In this document: positions 13,731 through 29,837 of the stretch, piece by piece | How positions within the stretch are numbered: position 1 is the first letter of the stretch | Layout: every line of letters starts with the position of its first letter | DNA from: the human T2T-CHM13v2.0 reference genome, Homo sapiens | Reading direction: 5' to 3' (one strand) | Assembly: GCF_009914755.1 (NCBI RefSeq) | Contig: NC_060938.1 | Length of the DNA stretch: 64,000 nucleotides | Position numbers and translations under genes: made by a program | Notes under the pieces: model-generated | The model's input: the letters and a program-made list of their open reading frames with translations, nothing else | What the model was told of the DNA's origin: nothing | Databases searched by the model: none

Positions 13731-14926
13731 CAGGAGCGATATGGGAGAGGAGGAGGGGGAAAGCCAAAGGTAGGTCCTGATTTTTAGTTCTTCCATCTGG
13801 CAGCGTGGCTAACTTGGAGGAAATTCTGAAGTGGAACCCCAGCCCTAGAATGGTGAGGGAGAGGTTGCTGGGGAAAACGATGTGGAGGGCTTAATCAAGG
13901 GCAGAGGATACTCATTTTGGGATGTGAACATCCCTCTTCCTGCAGTAAGGCTCTCATCTCCTCTCTTTTGCAAGGTGACTCAATTAGACAACAGCCTGGT
14001 GGCTGTCCGTTCTGTCTCCAAGGAGAATACCAGGTGTGTTCCTTAATTTCAGTATTTGTTTATCTCCCCCTCCTCCTTTTTCAAAATCCATTCTGAGAGG
14101 TGTTTCTTCTCCATGATATCTCAGACTGAAGTCTTTTTGCCCTGATTTTATATTATTTTCTTCCAAGATCCCTTCATATTACACGGTTGTTCCACCAGGG
14201 TGGAAACTTTTCCATCCTCTGAACCTATAATGGTGTTTGGTACACAGTAGGGACTCAGATTTATTGAGTAAAAATTTGAATGCCAGCTTTTAAAAGAAAC
14301 AGACTCTTAGGTGTCTCATTCTCGTTTGGTAAACACGCAGATAAAGGAGGAGGAGCAGCTAGAAAAGGGAACTAAGCTTTACCATGCTAAACCACGTGTT
14401 ATTCACTTTTCCCAGAATGCCTCCTTTAGGGTTTATGGTACGTCCCATGAATGGGTATTATTATATCATCACACCATTTGGCAGATGAAGAAACAGAAGG
14501 CCAGAAAAGTTTCACTTGTCTTCAGTCACCCAGGCACTAAGCACAGAGCTGGGACGTGTACCTGGTATGTGAGGCTGAGCCACAGCTCCATCAGTTTAGG
14601 GTCACCAAGAGGATATTGATCTCAGTGTCAGGAGATTGAAATCTGCTGCAGATCTTATCACTAATTAGTGTTAGATTCTTGTTATGTAATATTTGAATAT
14701 AGAGGTAATCATGGATTTCTACTAATTTCTTCTTCTTACTTGGCCTACATTAAGATTTCCTCTTAAATGTGACATTAGATCACATGGAGGGGTTCTTCTG
14801 AAGGCTGAGGATAACATAATGCAATTTTGTTTAATATCATTCCCATTCTGCACTGAATTTGTCTGAGTAAAATGCATGAATCTTAGATTTGAGAAATCGA
14901 GATCTAGGCTCTTTTGAGATACTTGT

Positions 14927-14945
14927 CATTCACTAGATGGCACTG
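14927..14945 (+). promoter_or_regulatory. Candidate CTCF site
   Basis: cattcactagatggcactg fits the CTCF core CCACYAGRKGGCRCT apart from one C>T. Motif match only. Confidence 0.35.
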
Positions 14946-15027
14946 TTGTATTAACTTTACTTATTTCCTAGCTCTGGTTTAAAACCTTCAAGAGTATATT
15001 TCCTGTGATACTGTAGTTGTCCAACTA

Positions 15028-15792
<765 letters not shown>

Positions 15793-16048
15793 CAGTAGTT
15801 TTTGGAGCAATACGTTAATAGCTGGATTCACTGACAGACTGAAAAATAATGTCTTGCTGGACATTACGAAGCAAAATAAAGTCTCACTGAGATATGGGAA
15901 CTTTAGAGAAAAGGAATAAAAATATAGTTGCTTTAGCTCATAATCTATCTGGTCACTTCTGTAATCTCTGTTACAGACCCTCAAGACCATGTCACCGGGG
16001 CCAAGCATTTTCCTCTTTTAACTTATTTATGTGTTTGAGATCGTTAAT

Positions 16049-16271
16049 GGAGGGTTTCTCAATCTTAGCACAATCAGTAATTTGGGTTAGGTAGTTCTAA
16101 CCCAAACACAGGGATGGTCCTGTGTTTAGGATATTCAGCAGCATCCCTGGTCTCTACTCATTAGATGCCAGTGGCAGCCTCCTCTCCCTTCAAGTTGCAA
16201 CAACCAAAAATGTCTTCAGTCATGGCCAAATATCTGGTGGGGAATAAAATTGACCTCAGTTGCGAGCCGCT
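16049..16271 (+). mobile_element. MER20 (hAT-Charlie)
   Basis: gtttctcaatctt...cagcatccctggtctctactcattagatgccagt...aaccaaaaatgtct. Confidence 0.8.
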
Positions 16272-19200
16272 TCTCTAATCCCTGTGGAGATTTGCCACAT
16301 GAAGTCTTTTGCTTGGGGACAGGGAGAGTGACCTTTACTGATCTGACCACTGGAATTGGGAGCACAGGGTCTTCCTATCTCCAGAGTTTCCAGTAAGATG
16401 ATTAGACTGCCAGTGTGATTGGGTTGCATTTCTAATGAGTCGAGGTGCCAACATCTGTTTGTGGTAATTGAGCACAGCTGTGATGCTGGCTTGGCTGACC
16501 CCTCCACAACCTTTCCCTGCCCCTCCAGGTATTTGAGCTGCCCCCAGCCATCCTGTCCCATCAACCTCTTGCAGGAAGATGCCAGCAAGGTCATTGTGTT
16601 TGCTGAGAGTGGTATCAATCCAGATAGTGTCCTAGATTTGATAATGCTGCATTGATTGGGACACAGTGTTCATTCTTGTAAACTGCCTCAGAGGCACAGA
16701 AAAAAAAATATGTGTATTGTGTAAAAAGGCCAAACACAACCAATAATAGCAACAACACTGACAACTCATGTATATTTATCTCACATGTGCTAGGTCATAA
16801 GAGCTTTATCCAAATAATTTCATTTATTCCTTATAGTAACTTTTTAATGTGGGTACTATATCAGTCACTTGTTGCAGCTTAGACAAAGATAGCAAGAGGT
16901 GGAATTAGGATTTATACCCAAGCAGCCAATACCAGAGCTTACACTGTATCCACACCATGTGGACTCAGTTTTCTAAATTTTATTTTAATTTTATTATATT
17001 ATACAGACACATACTTGTTCATAAGTAACATAACATAAAAGTCTGAAAGCAAACATACCAAAATATTAACAGTCAGTTTCTCTCTGGGTGGTAGCATCAG
17101 GGGTGAGGTTTTTTGGTCTCCTTTAAACTTTTCTATATTTTTCAAGTTTTCTGTGTTAAGTGTTGATTATTTTTAATAGAACTTATATAGAAGTATTAAA
17201 AATATATGTGTTTGGGGGAGGATGATAGGAAGAGTGGCAGTGAGCTAAATGGATATTTGAGAAGCTGAGTCCTCCTGATTCTGGGGACAGAGAGAACAAG
17301 TTGACTACCTGGGGGCTGATGCCCCTTATAGATGTGCCAGTAGCCACTCTCTAGCTGAATTCACATTAAATGACATTACAACTTACCCTAGGGCATTGCA
17401 AACTTGGCGGGATTCTAGAATTTCTCTGAATAAATATATATTTTTTAAAAAAGTCTAGCTTGCTATTGCAAGACCATTTTTGTCTAAGGACAGCCTTGGG
17501 TCAGTCTTTGTTCAGGTGTACACTCATCGTGATGCCATTGTATCCCAAAGGAGGCTAAGCTTTGGCCAAGCTGTGGGATGGCTTGTGAGAGAAGTGTGAT
17601 TTCCTGGCGGCCAAGTCACAGTCGCAGCTGCAATAGCTCCCACCCTTCTTCTGTCTCCATGGACAGGGTGGAGACCTCTCCTGGCTTCTCTACGGTGGGC
17701 CTTGGGAGTTTGGACCAGAGTGTGGGACCACCCAGAAGACACACCCACACAGATCTCTCCTTGCAGATGATTCTAGAGAGAAGCTTCCTTGGGGGTGAGA
17801 ATGGCATTCTTATCTGAGGTCTGCTTAAAAGCCTCATACTCTTTTTCTTTTTCCCTAGAAACCTCATTACTTATGGAGCTGGCTAGAGGGAATGATAGCA
17901 TTGGCTTTGCATAGAATGGAAATTGCAAGACTGGTAGGTCCTGCCCAACCTCATCCTCCTGGAAGTGGTGGAGGCTTCTGGTAACTACCAGTTTGGTTTG
18001 GACTTGGGGTGCCAATTCAGGGATGAAAGAGTCCGCCTCTCCTCCCTCATGGCCACCCACCTCCTTCAAAGGAATGTGAAGGAACAAAGATGTGGGTTAG
18101 CATTTTTCTCATGAAAGGCAGAGGTGACCAGAAAAGTAGGAAGCTACTGGGAGGCAATAATATTTTCAAAGACACATTATTCTCATTAATTTAAAACCCC
18201 AGCAGAGCCCCCAGTGGCTCCAGGTGTGGCGTTAACACCGTGTCTTTTAACTCAGTCCACTCACTCTGTCCCTTACTGCTCCTGGCTAATTAAAACCATA
18301 GGGATCTCAAACCCTATTCTTGGCAGTCTGCTTGGATTTCCCAGGTTAATTCCTACCCTTGATCTTCCCTAAATTGCTCCCACACAGCTGTATGCACATT
18401 CAGATTCAACGCTCCATCTTTCTTTGCTGATCTCAAGTGCCGACTTGGGCTTGGGCATATTTAGTTTCTCTGTTCTTAACACTCAGTTCTCCCTAAGATG
18501 CTGATGCTGATAATGTAATTGCTCTATTGGGGCATAAACATGAAATGGTTTAATTTTTTTTAATGAACTCTCAATCATGTTATGACAAATGCCTTTTTCA
18601 AATTCTGATGAGAGATTCTGTGATTTCCTGGCCATTTTTAGATGTTAAAAGCCAAGTCCCTTTGAAACATTAGTCTTTAATATGGTTTAAATCTTATCCC
18701 CAGAACACCTCCCTTCCCTCACCTGGCATAAGCTTGACCCATTGCCTGAGGTCTGAGGCTCTTCCGATGTTCTTCCTCTTCTCTCACCCCAGCACTTCGA
18801 TGGGATTGAGTGTGGGGAGGACCTTCATTAAATTGCCATCTCTTCCTTCTTTCTTTTTGGTATTAACTTTGTTTAGATTGGAGGGCTTTGGGAGTCTGAG
18901 AGGAGAAGGTAGAGGCAGGTTCATATCAGGATAAAGTGAGATGCATATCATGATGGGGAGGTGGTCTTGGCTATCTTAAGGCTCAGTGTGATTTTGCCTC
19001 CTTCTGGTGACCTCTTCATGGCTGGTAAATTGAACAATCAGCTTCCACAGTTCTGCTCCATTGCTGAGGTTCCCCCAGAGAGGGAAGCCATGTCCCCTGA
19101 GACCTCTGAGGTTGGTCCATGTTTCAATCTCCTTTCTAAGGTGGCAGCTTCTCTCTCTCCGTGACCACCAGGATGGCCCCAGAGCTCCTGCTGTTTCGTA

Positions 19201-19525
19201 TGAAAAAGCAGAGATCTTTGCTGCAGGAGAGTAGGGTGAAAGGCTCTCATTGTTTTCTTCTTAGGCACCCTGTACCATAGTCCCTTCTCACCCTGATGCA
19301 ATGGGCCTCTCTGGTAAGCTTTACATCTTTAATTGGGCACTAGTCTCCATGTTCAAGAATATTATCTATCTTCAAGAGGTGTAGGCCAATTTCTTCCAAT
19401 AACTCTCTATGAAAGCTGCATAAGACTGGTTCTGTAGCTCTGAAAGCTTCATTCTGGGAGCAAGATGCCAGTGCTCCTATCTGGCAGGCACTCCTAATCT
19501 CTCCAAGGATTCTTTTGAAACCCCT

Positions 19526-19889
19526 TGCTCTGGTTTAAATGTGTCTTCTAAAGTGTATGTGTTGGAAACTTAATCCCCAATGCAATGGTGTTGAGAGGTG
19601 GGACCTTTGAGAGGTGATTGGGTCTTATGAATGGATTAACAACATTATTGTAAGAGTGGTTTTGTTATTGTGAGAGTGGGATTGTTACAAAAGTGAGTTC
19701 GGCCACCTTTTGCTGCCTTGCTCTTTCACCTCTGGCATGAGATGAGCAAGAAGGCCCTCATCAGATGTTGACACTTTGACATTGTACTTCCCAGTCTTCA
19801 GAACTGTGAGAAGTAAATTTCTAATGTTTATGAATTATTCAGTCTGTGGTATTCTGTTATATAATAGCAGCAGAAAATGAACTCAGACA
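19526..19889 (+). mobile_element. MaLR LTR (MSTC/MSTD-like)
   Basis: tgctctggtttaaatgtgtc...gaactcagaca. TSD cccct/tccct. Confidence 0.8.
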
Positions 19890-21513
19890 TCCCTATTCCT
19901 TGTATTGGCGATGGGGACATTACATCTCATCCCAGACTCTGCATCCCTGACAAGGCCCAGGACCCCTGGCGGTGGAAGGGCAGTTCAGGCTTATTAGTCT
20001 CTGAGGGAGGTGCCTGGCCTCAGGTGTTGGCAGCTCTGTTTCAAATGTGGAGTTTATGGAGCCTCTTTGTCTACAGCTTTGAGCCTTTGTTGCCATGTTG
20101 GGGACACACGAATATTACCACTCAACATTCTGTTACTTTAGCTCAAACTTCTTGATTGTTACTTATATGCCAGGCCCTGTACTGGAATCTGCACTGATGA
20201 GTTTGTTTAATCTCAGTAACCCTATAATAGGAAACTATTATCATCATCAGCCTTTTACAGATGAAGGACCTGAGGCTCACAGAAATTGTGTAAAATGTCC
20301 AGGGTTATGTGGATAGGAAGTGGTAGAGCCAAGACTTGAACCTGGAAATCTGATTCTAGACCTGTGAGTTGAGAATTCAGCTTAAATCCTCTCTGCCCAT
20401 GTCTTCCCATGGTCCCCATCATCAGGCTCCTGGCAGCTTTGGATATGTAGCCCCTTGCCACTCCCCAGCACATAGTTATACTCTGACTCTTGGCTCTTTG
20501 TTATGGTATCATTCTACCTAGCTGACTAGATCTCTAAAGAGGCAGTTCAAATACTAGGTAAAATATAAGCCTGGAGCAGCAGGCCAGTGAACTCAGGCAG
20601 AGGGTGGCTGGAGAAGGCCAGCTGGAACATTGGGGCTGGTATTGTTTCCTGCTTCAAAGTGTACCAAGCCCTGGAGAAGGTTTGGCAGGGAGAAAAGGAG
20701 AAGGTTTTGCTTGTATTGGATCCACATAAATTAGGAATACACGTTTGGTCAGTGCCAAACTTTTGCACAAAGTACCAATAGTGGGAAACACTCATGCAGT
20801 ATCAAGCTAGTTTATTTGTATTCAAATTCTACCTCCTCCTTTCACTAACTGAATAATCCTGAGGAGCTCAGTTACTGCAGCAGAACTATAGTTTCTTTAT
20901 CTCTGAAATAAGGAAGATTCTCCTTTCTTTCTTCATAGAGCTGTGGTGAGGTACAAATAGGATAACATGGAAAAGCACTTTGCACACAGATACACTGATA
21001 TATGCAAATAAGAATTATTATTATCCAGAATGAGTGCCTCTCCTAGTGGGTTGCATAATTGAATAACTAATTAACCTTTTTTTAAATTGAAAGTCTATCA
21101 TGTGCAAGAAATGTGTTGGAGTCTCCTGTTGATGATATAATAGATAAGGTTGAGTTACGGCCTTCAAGGACTTTGTAATTTTGTATTTGAGATGAAACAT
21201 ATTCATTAATAACTGTAATGAAGACAGTTTTTTGAATGTGCCATGAAAAAGTTATAGAAAAAAATGCTATGGAATTCGGAAGAAGGGGATCTTTTTTGAC
21301 AGAATGATATCAGAAGGTTTTAGAAAGAGATGGTTTTTGAGGTAGATGTAGGGAAATGATTGATTTAGTTGGTAAGGAGTTCTTAGGAAAATACACAGCA
21401 TGAATAAATGTACTTGTTAGAAAATTATATTGCCCTTGGTTGGTGTTCAGTAGAAGCATTTGTACTAGTCAGGCTTATCCGACAGAGAGACAGAACCAAC
21501 AGAATCAATCAAC

Positions 21514-21524
21514 CTATCTATCTG

Positions 21525-21568
<44 letters not shown>

Positions 21569-21584
21569 CCTACCTACCTATCTA
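21514..21584. repeat. (TCTA)n/(CCTA)n tetranucleotide STR
   Basis: Seen directly. Confidence 0.95.
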
Positions 21585-22006
21585 GATATGTGATAGGGGA
21601 TTTATTAGGGGAATTGGCTCATGTGATTATGGAGGCTGAGAAGTCCCACATGGGCTGTCTGCAAGCTGGAGACTGGGGATGCTATTAACATGGCTTAGTC
21701 CAAATCTAAAGGCCTCAGAACCAGAGAAGCTGATTGTGTAATTGTCAGTCCAAAGTTGAGGGCCTGAGAACCCAGGGTGGGAGGAGCACTGGTGTAAGTC
21801 CTGGAGTAATAAAAGAGAAAGAGCCTGAAGTTCTGATGTCCAAGGACAGCAAAAGAAGAGTGTGTCCCAGCTCCAGGAAAAAGAAACTCAATAATCTTTT
21901 TGGGGTCCCAGCTGATTAGACAGTGCCTTCTCACACTGAGGACAGATCTTACCCACTCAGTCCATTGACTCACACACCAATATTCCCTGGAAACACCCTC
22001 ACCAAC

Positions 22007-22381
22007 TGATATGATTTGGCTCTGTGTTCCCACCCAAATCTTATGTTGAATTGTAATCCCCAATGTTGGGGGAAGGACCTGGTGGGAGGTGATTTCATCA
22101 TGGTGGTCGATTTCCCTCTTGCTGTTCTTGTGATGGTGGGTTCTCATGATACTTGTTTAAAAGTATGTAGCACTTCCCCCTTTACTCTCTCTCTCTGTCC
22201 TGCTGCCATGTGAATATGTGCTTGCTTCCCATTTGCCCTTTCCAATGATTGTAACTTTCCTGAGGCCTCCCAGCTGTGTTTCCTGTAGAGTCTATAATTC
22301 TGAGTCAATTAAACCTCTTTTCTTCATAAATTACCCAGTCTCAAGTACTTCTTTATGGCAGTGTGAGAACAGACTAATACA
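22007..22381 (+). mobile_element. MaLR LTR (MSTA-like)
   Basis: tgatatgatttggctctgtg...agactaataca. Confidence 0.85.
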
Positions 22382-22415
22382 CAGACACACCCAGAAACAA
22401 TTCTTTACCAGTTCT

Positions 22416-22552
22416 TCCTCTTCTTCTTATCTTCATAGAGACAGAGTCTCACTAGGTTGCCCAGGCTGGTCTCGAACTCCTGGCCTCAAGGGATCCTCCC
22501 ACCTCAGCCTCCACAGTAGCTGGGATTACAGACGTGAGCACTGTTCTTGGCT
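22416..22552 (-). mobile_element. FLAM (Alu monomer)
   Basis: Single antisense monomer. TSD tctttac(c/a)agttct. Confidence 0.8.
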
Positions 22553-23331
22553 ATCTTTACAAGTTCTCTAGCTAATACTTAATCCTGTCAAGTTGACACC
22601 TAAAATTAATCATCACAAGCTTGCAGAAGAGTAGAGGGCAATCAGATTGAGCAGGTAGGTTGGCAGCAGAACATGGAGGCAGTTGGATATTATGGAGGGA
22701 GTTGACAGAGGGGAGCTCTAGAGGGGTTTTGAACAGTGAAATGTAATGGTCAGAGTCTTCCCTTTGTAAGATTAGTAAGCGGGACACGATGTGTAGGATG
22801 GACTAGTGCCAGATGTGGATCTGAAGCTATGGGAACACATGGCCGTGGTAATGATTCAGTTGCAGTCACATCTAAATATTAGGTGATAGTAGTAATGAGA
22901 AGGAAGATATTTTAGCTAACACAGCTCTCTAGTGCCATGAAACATTTGATTTATTCTTTTCACTTCCTCATTAATTCTTTCAACAAACACTGCTTGTACT
23001 CAGTGGTTGCTACATGCCAAGCAAAGTGCTGGGGATAGAGAAGAATTATTTAATGCTCTTGCTCTAAAGATTATTGTCTATTAGCAGGTGATGACTAAGC
23101 TGTTTGCCCTGTAGATAAGAGATGGAGTTTGGGAAGAAGGCCAGTTCAGGCTGGAGGAGTAGACAAATGGGAGTGTGTTTACAATTGCAAGTAGTGCATG
23201 GGTATGGTCTTCCAGGAGGGTCAGATAGATGGCCAGGTGTGAGATCACAGGCTGATTTGACAGGTTAAATTTAGTCTTTATTCTATAGGGAAAGAAGAGT
23301 TACCAATCTCCTTTAAGAGGAGCAGTAATAA

Positions 23332-23691
<360 letters not shown>

Positions 23692-25640
23692 TGAAAGGAA
23701 GTTTAGAGAGTCATGGATTGAGAACATGTCTAGTGGTAAGAGGAACAATTAGGAGTCTATAGCAATGGTCCAGTTGGAAAGCAAAATGGCTCTGACATAA
23801 GTAGGGATGGCATAGGGGAAGGGGAAGATATGGACGACATTAAGAAATAAAGTTAATAGGATTTGGGAACTCTATTAACTAAAGTTAATAGAGCATGAAA
23901 AGAGTTGAGGTTGACCTACAGATTTATGGTCTGAGAGCTGGTACATTTGCCAAGGAGTGAAGGTTAAGTTCTGTTTTCTAGCTTAGCTCTAGTCCATGTG
24001 GGCTGATTCTACCTTGCATTTGCATACAATTAAAGAAAAAATTCTAACCTTTCTGTCTTACAGAAATAATTGACAGAAGAGGAATATGTATGATTAGCTG
24101 TAGTTGATGCAATAATGCTCCTGGCTAGTTCTTCTCTAGTTCATGATGTGGCTGCCCACATCATGGCTGCCCCCCACAGGTGTGGTTTTTCCATCCTCCT
24201 AAAATGTCATGATAGAAGGGAGTAGGAATCAGGCATTCTCTGCTGGGCCCACATAGTTCTCCTATTGAGCCAGGCCAGATACATTTTTTAAATCACCTTT
24301 TGAGATCTGTTGAGTTGGGGGCTACCATTTAAAATGTCTGCTAGTCTAGGAACAAGTTGTCACTTCTTTACCAGGGAAGGGGTAGTCAAGTTGATTAACA
24401 GTCAGATTTCAGAATAGTAGATAGTCTGTGGTTGACTGGTGCAGAACCTTGGCCCTGGAAGCAGCAGGAAAATGTAACAGAACTTAAAAGATGTGGGCAT
24501 AACATGTAAAATAAGTCTCTATTGACTGGACTATGTGTTATGAGGGACTCTGTGAGCCACAATTTCATATAATGGAAATGTCCTTATTTATCACAGCAAG
24601 TCTTTCTGTTTCCCAGGTGCTTCTCTCTAAGTGATGCGAAGGATAGAAACTCATCCAGTGTTAAAGATAAAAAAAACCCTAGGGACATCATTTCAGGGCA
24701 TGTAACCATATGTGAAATATTGGATGGACTATTGTAATTGCTGGTAATTCTTCCTTAGGGAAAACGAAGCAATTGTCACACTTGTAATAGGCCTTGAAAA
24801 TAGAAATCCATAGCCTCTTTCTCAAATTTTCTCCACTAGAGGGTTAAAATTTTGGCATGCTTGAGCCTGACTTTTGTGTAAAAAGATCTTCCATTTTTCT
24901 TAAAAAAAATAAGTCTTAAATAGTGTAGACATTTATTAGCTCAAAAAATAGGTCCAGAGATAGGGTAACTTCTGTCATTATATTGCCAGAATATTCTTCA
25001 CTTCTTTGATTCTTGTGGCTCTGTCCTTTTCCCTCTATTGGTCTCATCTTCATGCTGATAGCAGGATGGCTGAAGCAACTCCAGGAATCTCATCCAGATA
25101 CAACAGAGGGATAAAGAGACTCTCTCTTTGGGTATGAGAAGACCTTTTGCTAGGAGCCTCTGCTCCCGTCTTTCCTAAATTTTTCTCACTTCACTGGCCA
25201 GAAGTGAGGTAGTGAGTTTCATGTCCACCCCCATACAAATCACTGACAAAAGGAATGGAATTACTGTAATTGGTTTTGACTAAAAAGAATGTATCCGTGA
25301 CCTGGGGATAAGGTACCACTCCCTGAAGCCTGGGTAACTGAAAAAATTCTGGTTAGCGTGGAAGAAAGGAAGAGATGCTGACTAGGAAATCAATGATGTC
25401 TGCTATCTACTGTCATGAAAAGTCAACCAATGTGTATCCAAAGCTCTACTCTAGGAGATGCTATACTTCACCTGAAAAGAAGACCTTCCTCTGCTACTGG
25501 CTTCTACTGGTTCCCAGACCTCTATTATTGATGGCCTAAAACCGTATTTCCCATCATGTCTTTATGTCTGCATATATCTCATTCAGAGGATTTAGAAAGC
25601 AACCTTTTGTTCCTCACCTCTTTAAGAAATTTCTACTCTC

Positions 25641-26505
<865 letters not shown>

Positions 26506-26533
26506 TAAAAGATCTTCTTAAAAGTGGTCCATA

Positions 26534-26976
<443 letters not shown>

Positions 26977-27680
26977 TTAATTTGTTCACTTGTTTTTTTG
27001 CCTGGAAAATCCCTAGGGTAGGGGACTTGTCTATTTAGTTTTTCACTATGTTCCAGTGCCCAGAACATTGTGGGGTACATATAGGCCCTCCATAAATATT
27101 TGTCAAGTAAATGAATGAATGAACAAATGAAATCAGTGGATATCTGAAGTCTTTAGACTTTGAATATGAATGCCATATTCAAAGGGGTCAGAAATGGAAC
27201 TGCAGCTGGAGTCAGCTTGAGAAATTTAGAACCAAGGACAGAGTTCAGGCCAAGCAGATCAAATGCAAATGAGGAGGAATGGAGAATCAGAGAAAGGAGG
27301 CTTGGTTACATAGGTCAAGGAGGGGCTGTGCTGATGTGTGGCAGGGTCAGCTGGGCTCACACGGTTAGAACTAACAGTATGAGCTCCAGCATTTCATCCT
27401 TGGTCTTCAACACAGCCTTAATTTGTCTTATTCATTGTAAAATTTCCAGAGAAAACTCCTCTTGAGCTACCCATCTTCTACATCTTATTTCAGAATAAGG
27501 AGCCATGTCTTACATCGGAGTTTTGGTAAAGCTCTTAGCTCTGATGAAACATAATTTTGGAAAGAAAAACCAGTATCTATAAAGCAGTGACCCAGACCTC
27601 AGGCTAGGCATTTCCTGGGTGTCTTTAGGATTCAGCATGTTCAATGTCAAAACAAACTCAGTATCATCTGTTAATTTATT

Positions 27681-27971
<291 letters not shown>

Positions 27972-28759
27972 TTATTAAGCCCTTACAATCTGTCTGGTAC
28001 TGTCCAAAGTGCTTTACCTATATACTATTCATTTAATTCTTATAATAGTTCTGCAGATTAGAAATTATTAGTTGTATTTTACTGATGAAGACTCTGAGGT
28101 TTAGAAAAGTTAAATAACTTGTCCAAGGTCACACAGGGAGCAAGTGGTGATGGTGGAATTTGAACTCTGATTTGTTTTATATTCAAGTCCATGGTAATAA
28201 CAGCGCATAACGGTCCCCATTGTAGGGATGGAAGAAGGAAGCAGAGCCCAGCTGTCCAGATTCCTCTGTAACCACATGTCTTCAGTAATGCCCTGTAACT
28301 GTGTTGGCCTCTAACAGAGAACCAAATCCTGCCTCTCACACAAGCTCTCAGATCCTCAGTGCTTTCCTGATAATCTATATTGCATTTTATGTTTTACTTT
28401 CATGCCTCTAACTTGTTATGTTTTTTTTTCCACCCCAAGAGAAAGTGGTTTAAAGGATTGTTTTTACTTAATTAGATCCAAGGCTTGGCTTATTTGGTGG
28501 TGCTCAGCTTCTTTGGCAGGCTTGCTTTTGTAGCACAAAAGAAGCTTAAGGTCGGCTTGACAACTTGATAAGTCTCATGCCAATTTTTTAATGATAGGAA
28601 AGGAAACTTCTAAATTTAAGACTAAATATAGTACTTTGTGAACCAAGACAGTGACTTTATGGCTATGCATTGAAGTTGTTATTGGGGAGTAAAGGGTATT
28701 TAATGCTTTAGTTAGTATGTGATGAGAGAAAAATTAACAGCTGGCTGCTAAGACAGCGC

Positions 28760-29004
28760 TGTGCTGGCTGAAGTTCAGGGTTTGCTCCCTGCCTGACATA
28801 GCAGATACCCCTGGTGCCCTGGGCTATAGCCCCATTAGACCACCTTTACTTTCAGCAGTGGTTGCAGCAGACAGTACTATGTGAACTCAGCTTCCCTTGT
28901 GCTGACAGTGTTCCACTTCAAGGATAAGCCATGTGTTTCCACTTCCTATCCCAGGGACTTCTCCAAGGTACCCAGAGCTCACTGTGTACCCAAGCATAAG
29001 TAGG

Positions 29005-29043
<39 letters not shown>

Positions 29044-29360
29044 CACGCATGCGCACACATGTGTTTAACATTCTTGAGGGCAACCACCAACCAGTTGGCA
29101 ATACAATCCAATATCTAAATGCTCCAGCCTCCTGTCCATTAGGCAGGCAATTCTAGGAGGCTTTCTCCCCGGTTCTCAGAAGGTCTCAGTGAATTTCAGA
29201 GCAGTGACCTCAATAATGCCCCTTTACATTGGCTGCTACTCATTCTTATCTCATTTCCCCCATTCTTTCATTTCTATTTCCTGGGATTATCTTCAAAATA
29301 AGTTACTTATACCAAGCTCTTGCCTCAGGCTTTGCTTTTGAAAGAACCCAAACTTATTAT
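28760..29360 (+). mobile_element. Old ERVL LTR (LTR16-like)
   Basis: 3' end ...cttgcctcaggctttgcttttgaaagaacccaaact. Limits are approximate. Confidence 0.45.
29007..29064. repeat. (GT)n-(GC)n alternating purine/pyrimidine tract
   Basis: 58 bp of uninterrupted RY alternation. Confidence 0.9.
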
Positions 29361-29452
29361 TCTTATTATGTAGAATTTTCAGCACAGTAAGAGGGAATCA
29401 ATCTCTTAGAACTCACTGTGACCAAACTCACATGAGACTAATGTATAAAACA

Positions 29453-29837
29453 CATGTTAGTCCGTTCTTGTATTGCTATAAAGAACTACCTGAGACTGGG
29501 TAACTTGTAAAGAAAAGAGGTTTAACTGACTCACGGTTCCACAGGCTGTACGGGAAGCATGGCTGGGGAGGCCTCAGGAAACTTACAATGATGGCGGAAG
29601 GTGAAGGGGATGCAGCCACATCTTACATGGCCAGAGTAGGAGGAAGAAAGCAAAGGGGGAATGTGCCACACACTTTTAAACACTCAGATCTCCAGAGAAC
29701 TCACTTACTATCACAAGAACAGCAAAGGGGAAATTCGCCTCCATGATTCAATCACTTCTCACCTGGCCCCTCCTCCAACATTGGGGATTACAATTCAACA
29801 TGAGATTTGGATGGAGACACAAATCCAAACCATATCA
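29453..29837 (-). mobile_element. MaLR LTR (MSTA-like)
   Basis: ttagtccgttcttgtattgctataaag...ccaaaccatatca. Confidence 0.85.

Larger units (their letters stand above)
21461..22617 (-). mobile_element. MLT2 (ERVL) LTR with nested MST LTR, FLAM and STR
   Basis: tgtactagtcagg...gtcaagttgacacctaaaattaatcatcaca. Confidence 0.8.

Noticed and set aside
13150-13773. 207-aa ORF and overlapping ORFs
   Set aside because: They lie in the GC-rich U3 of LTR12, where stop codons are scarce. The composition is low-complexity (P/A/G/R/S), and similar ORFs recur in the paralogous LTR at 58016-58634.
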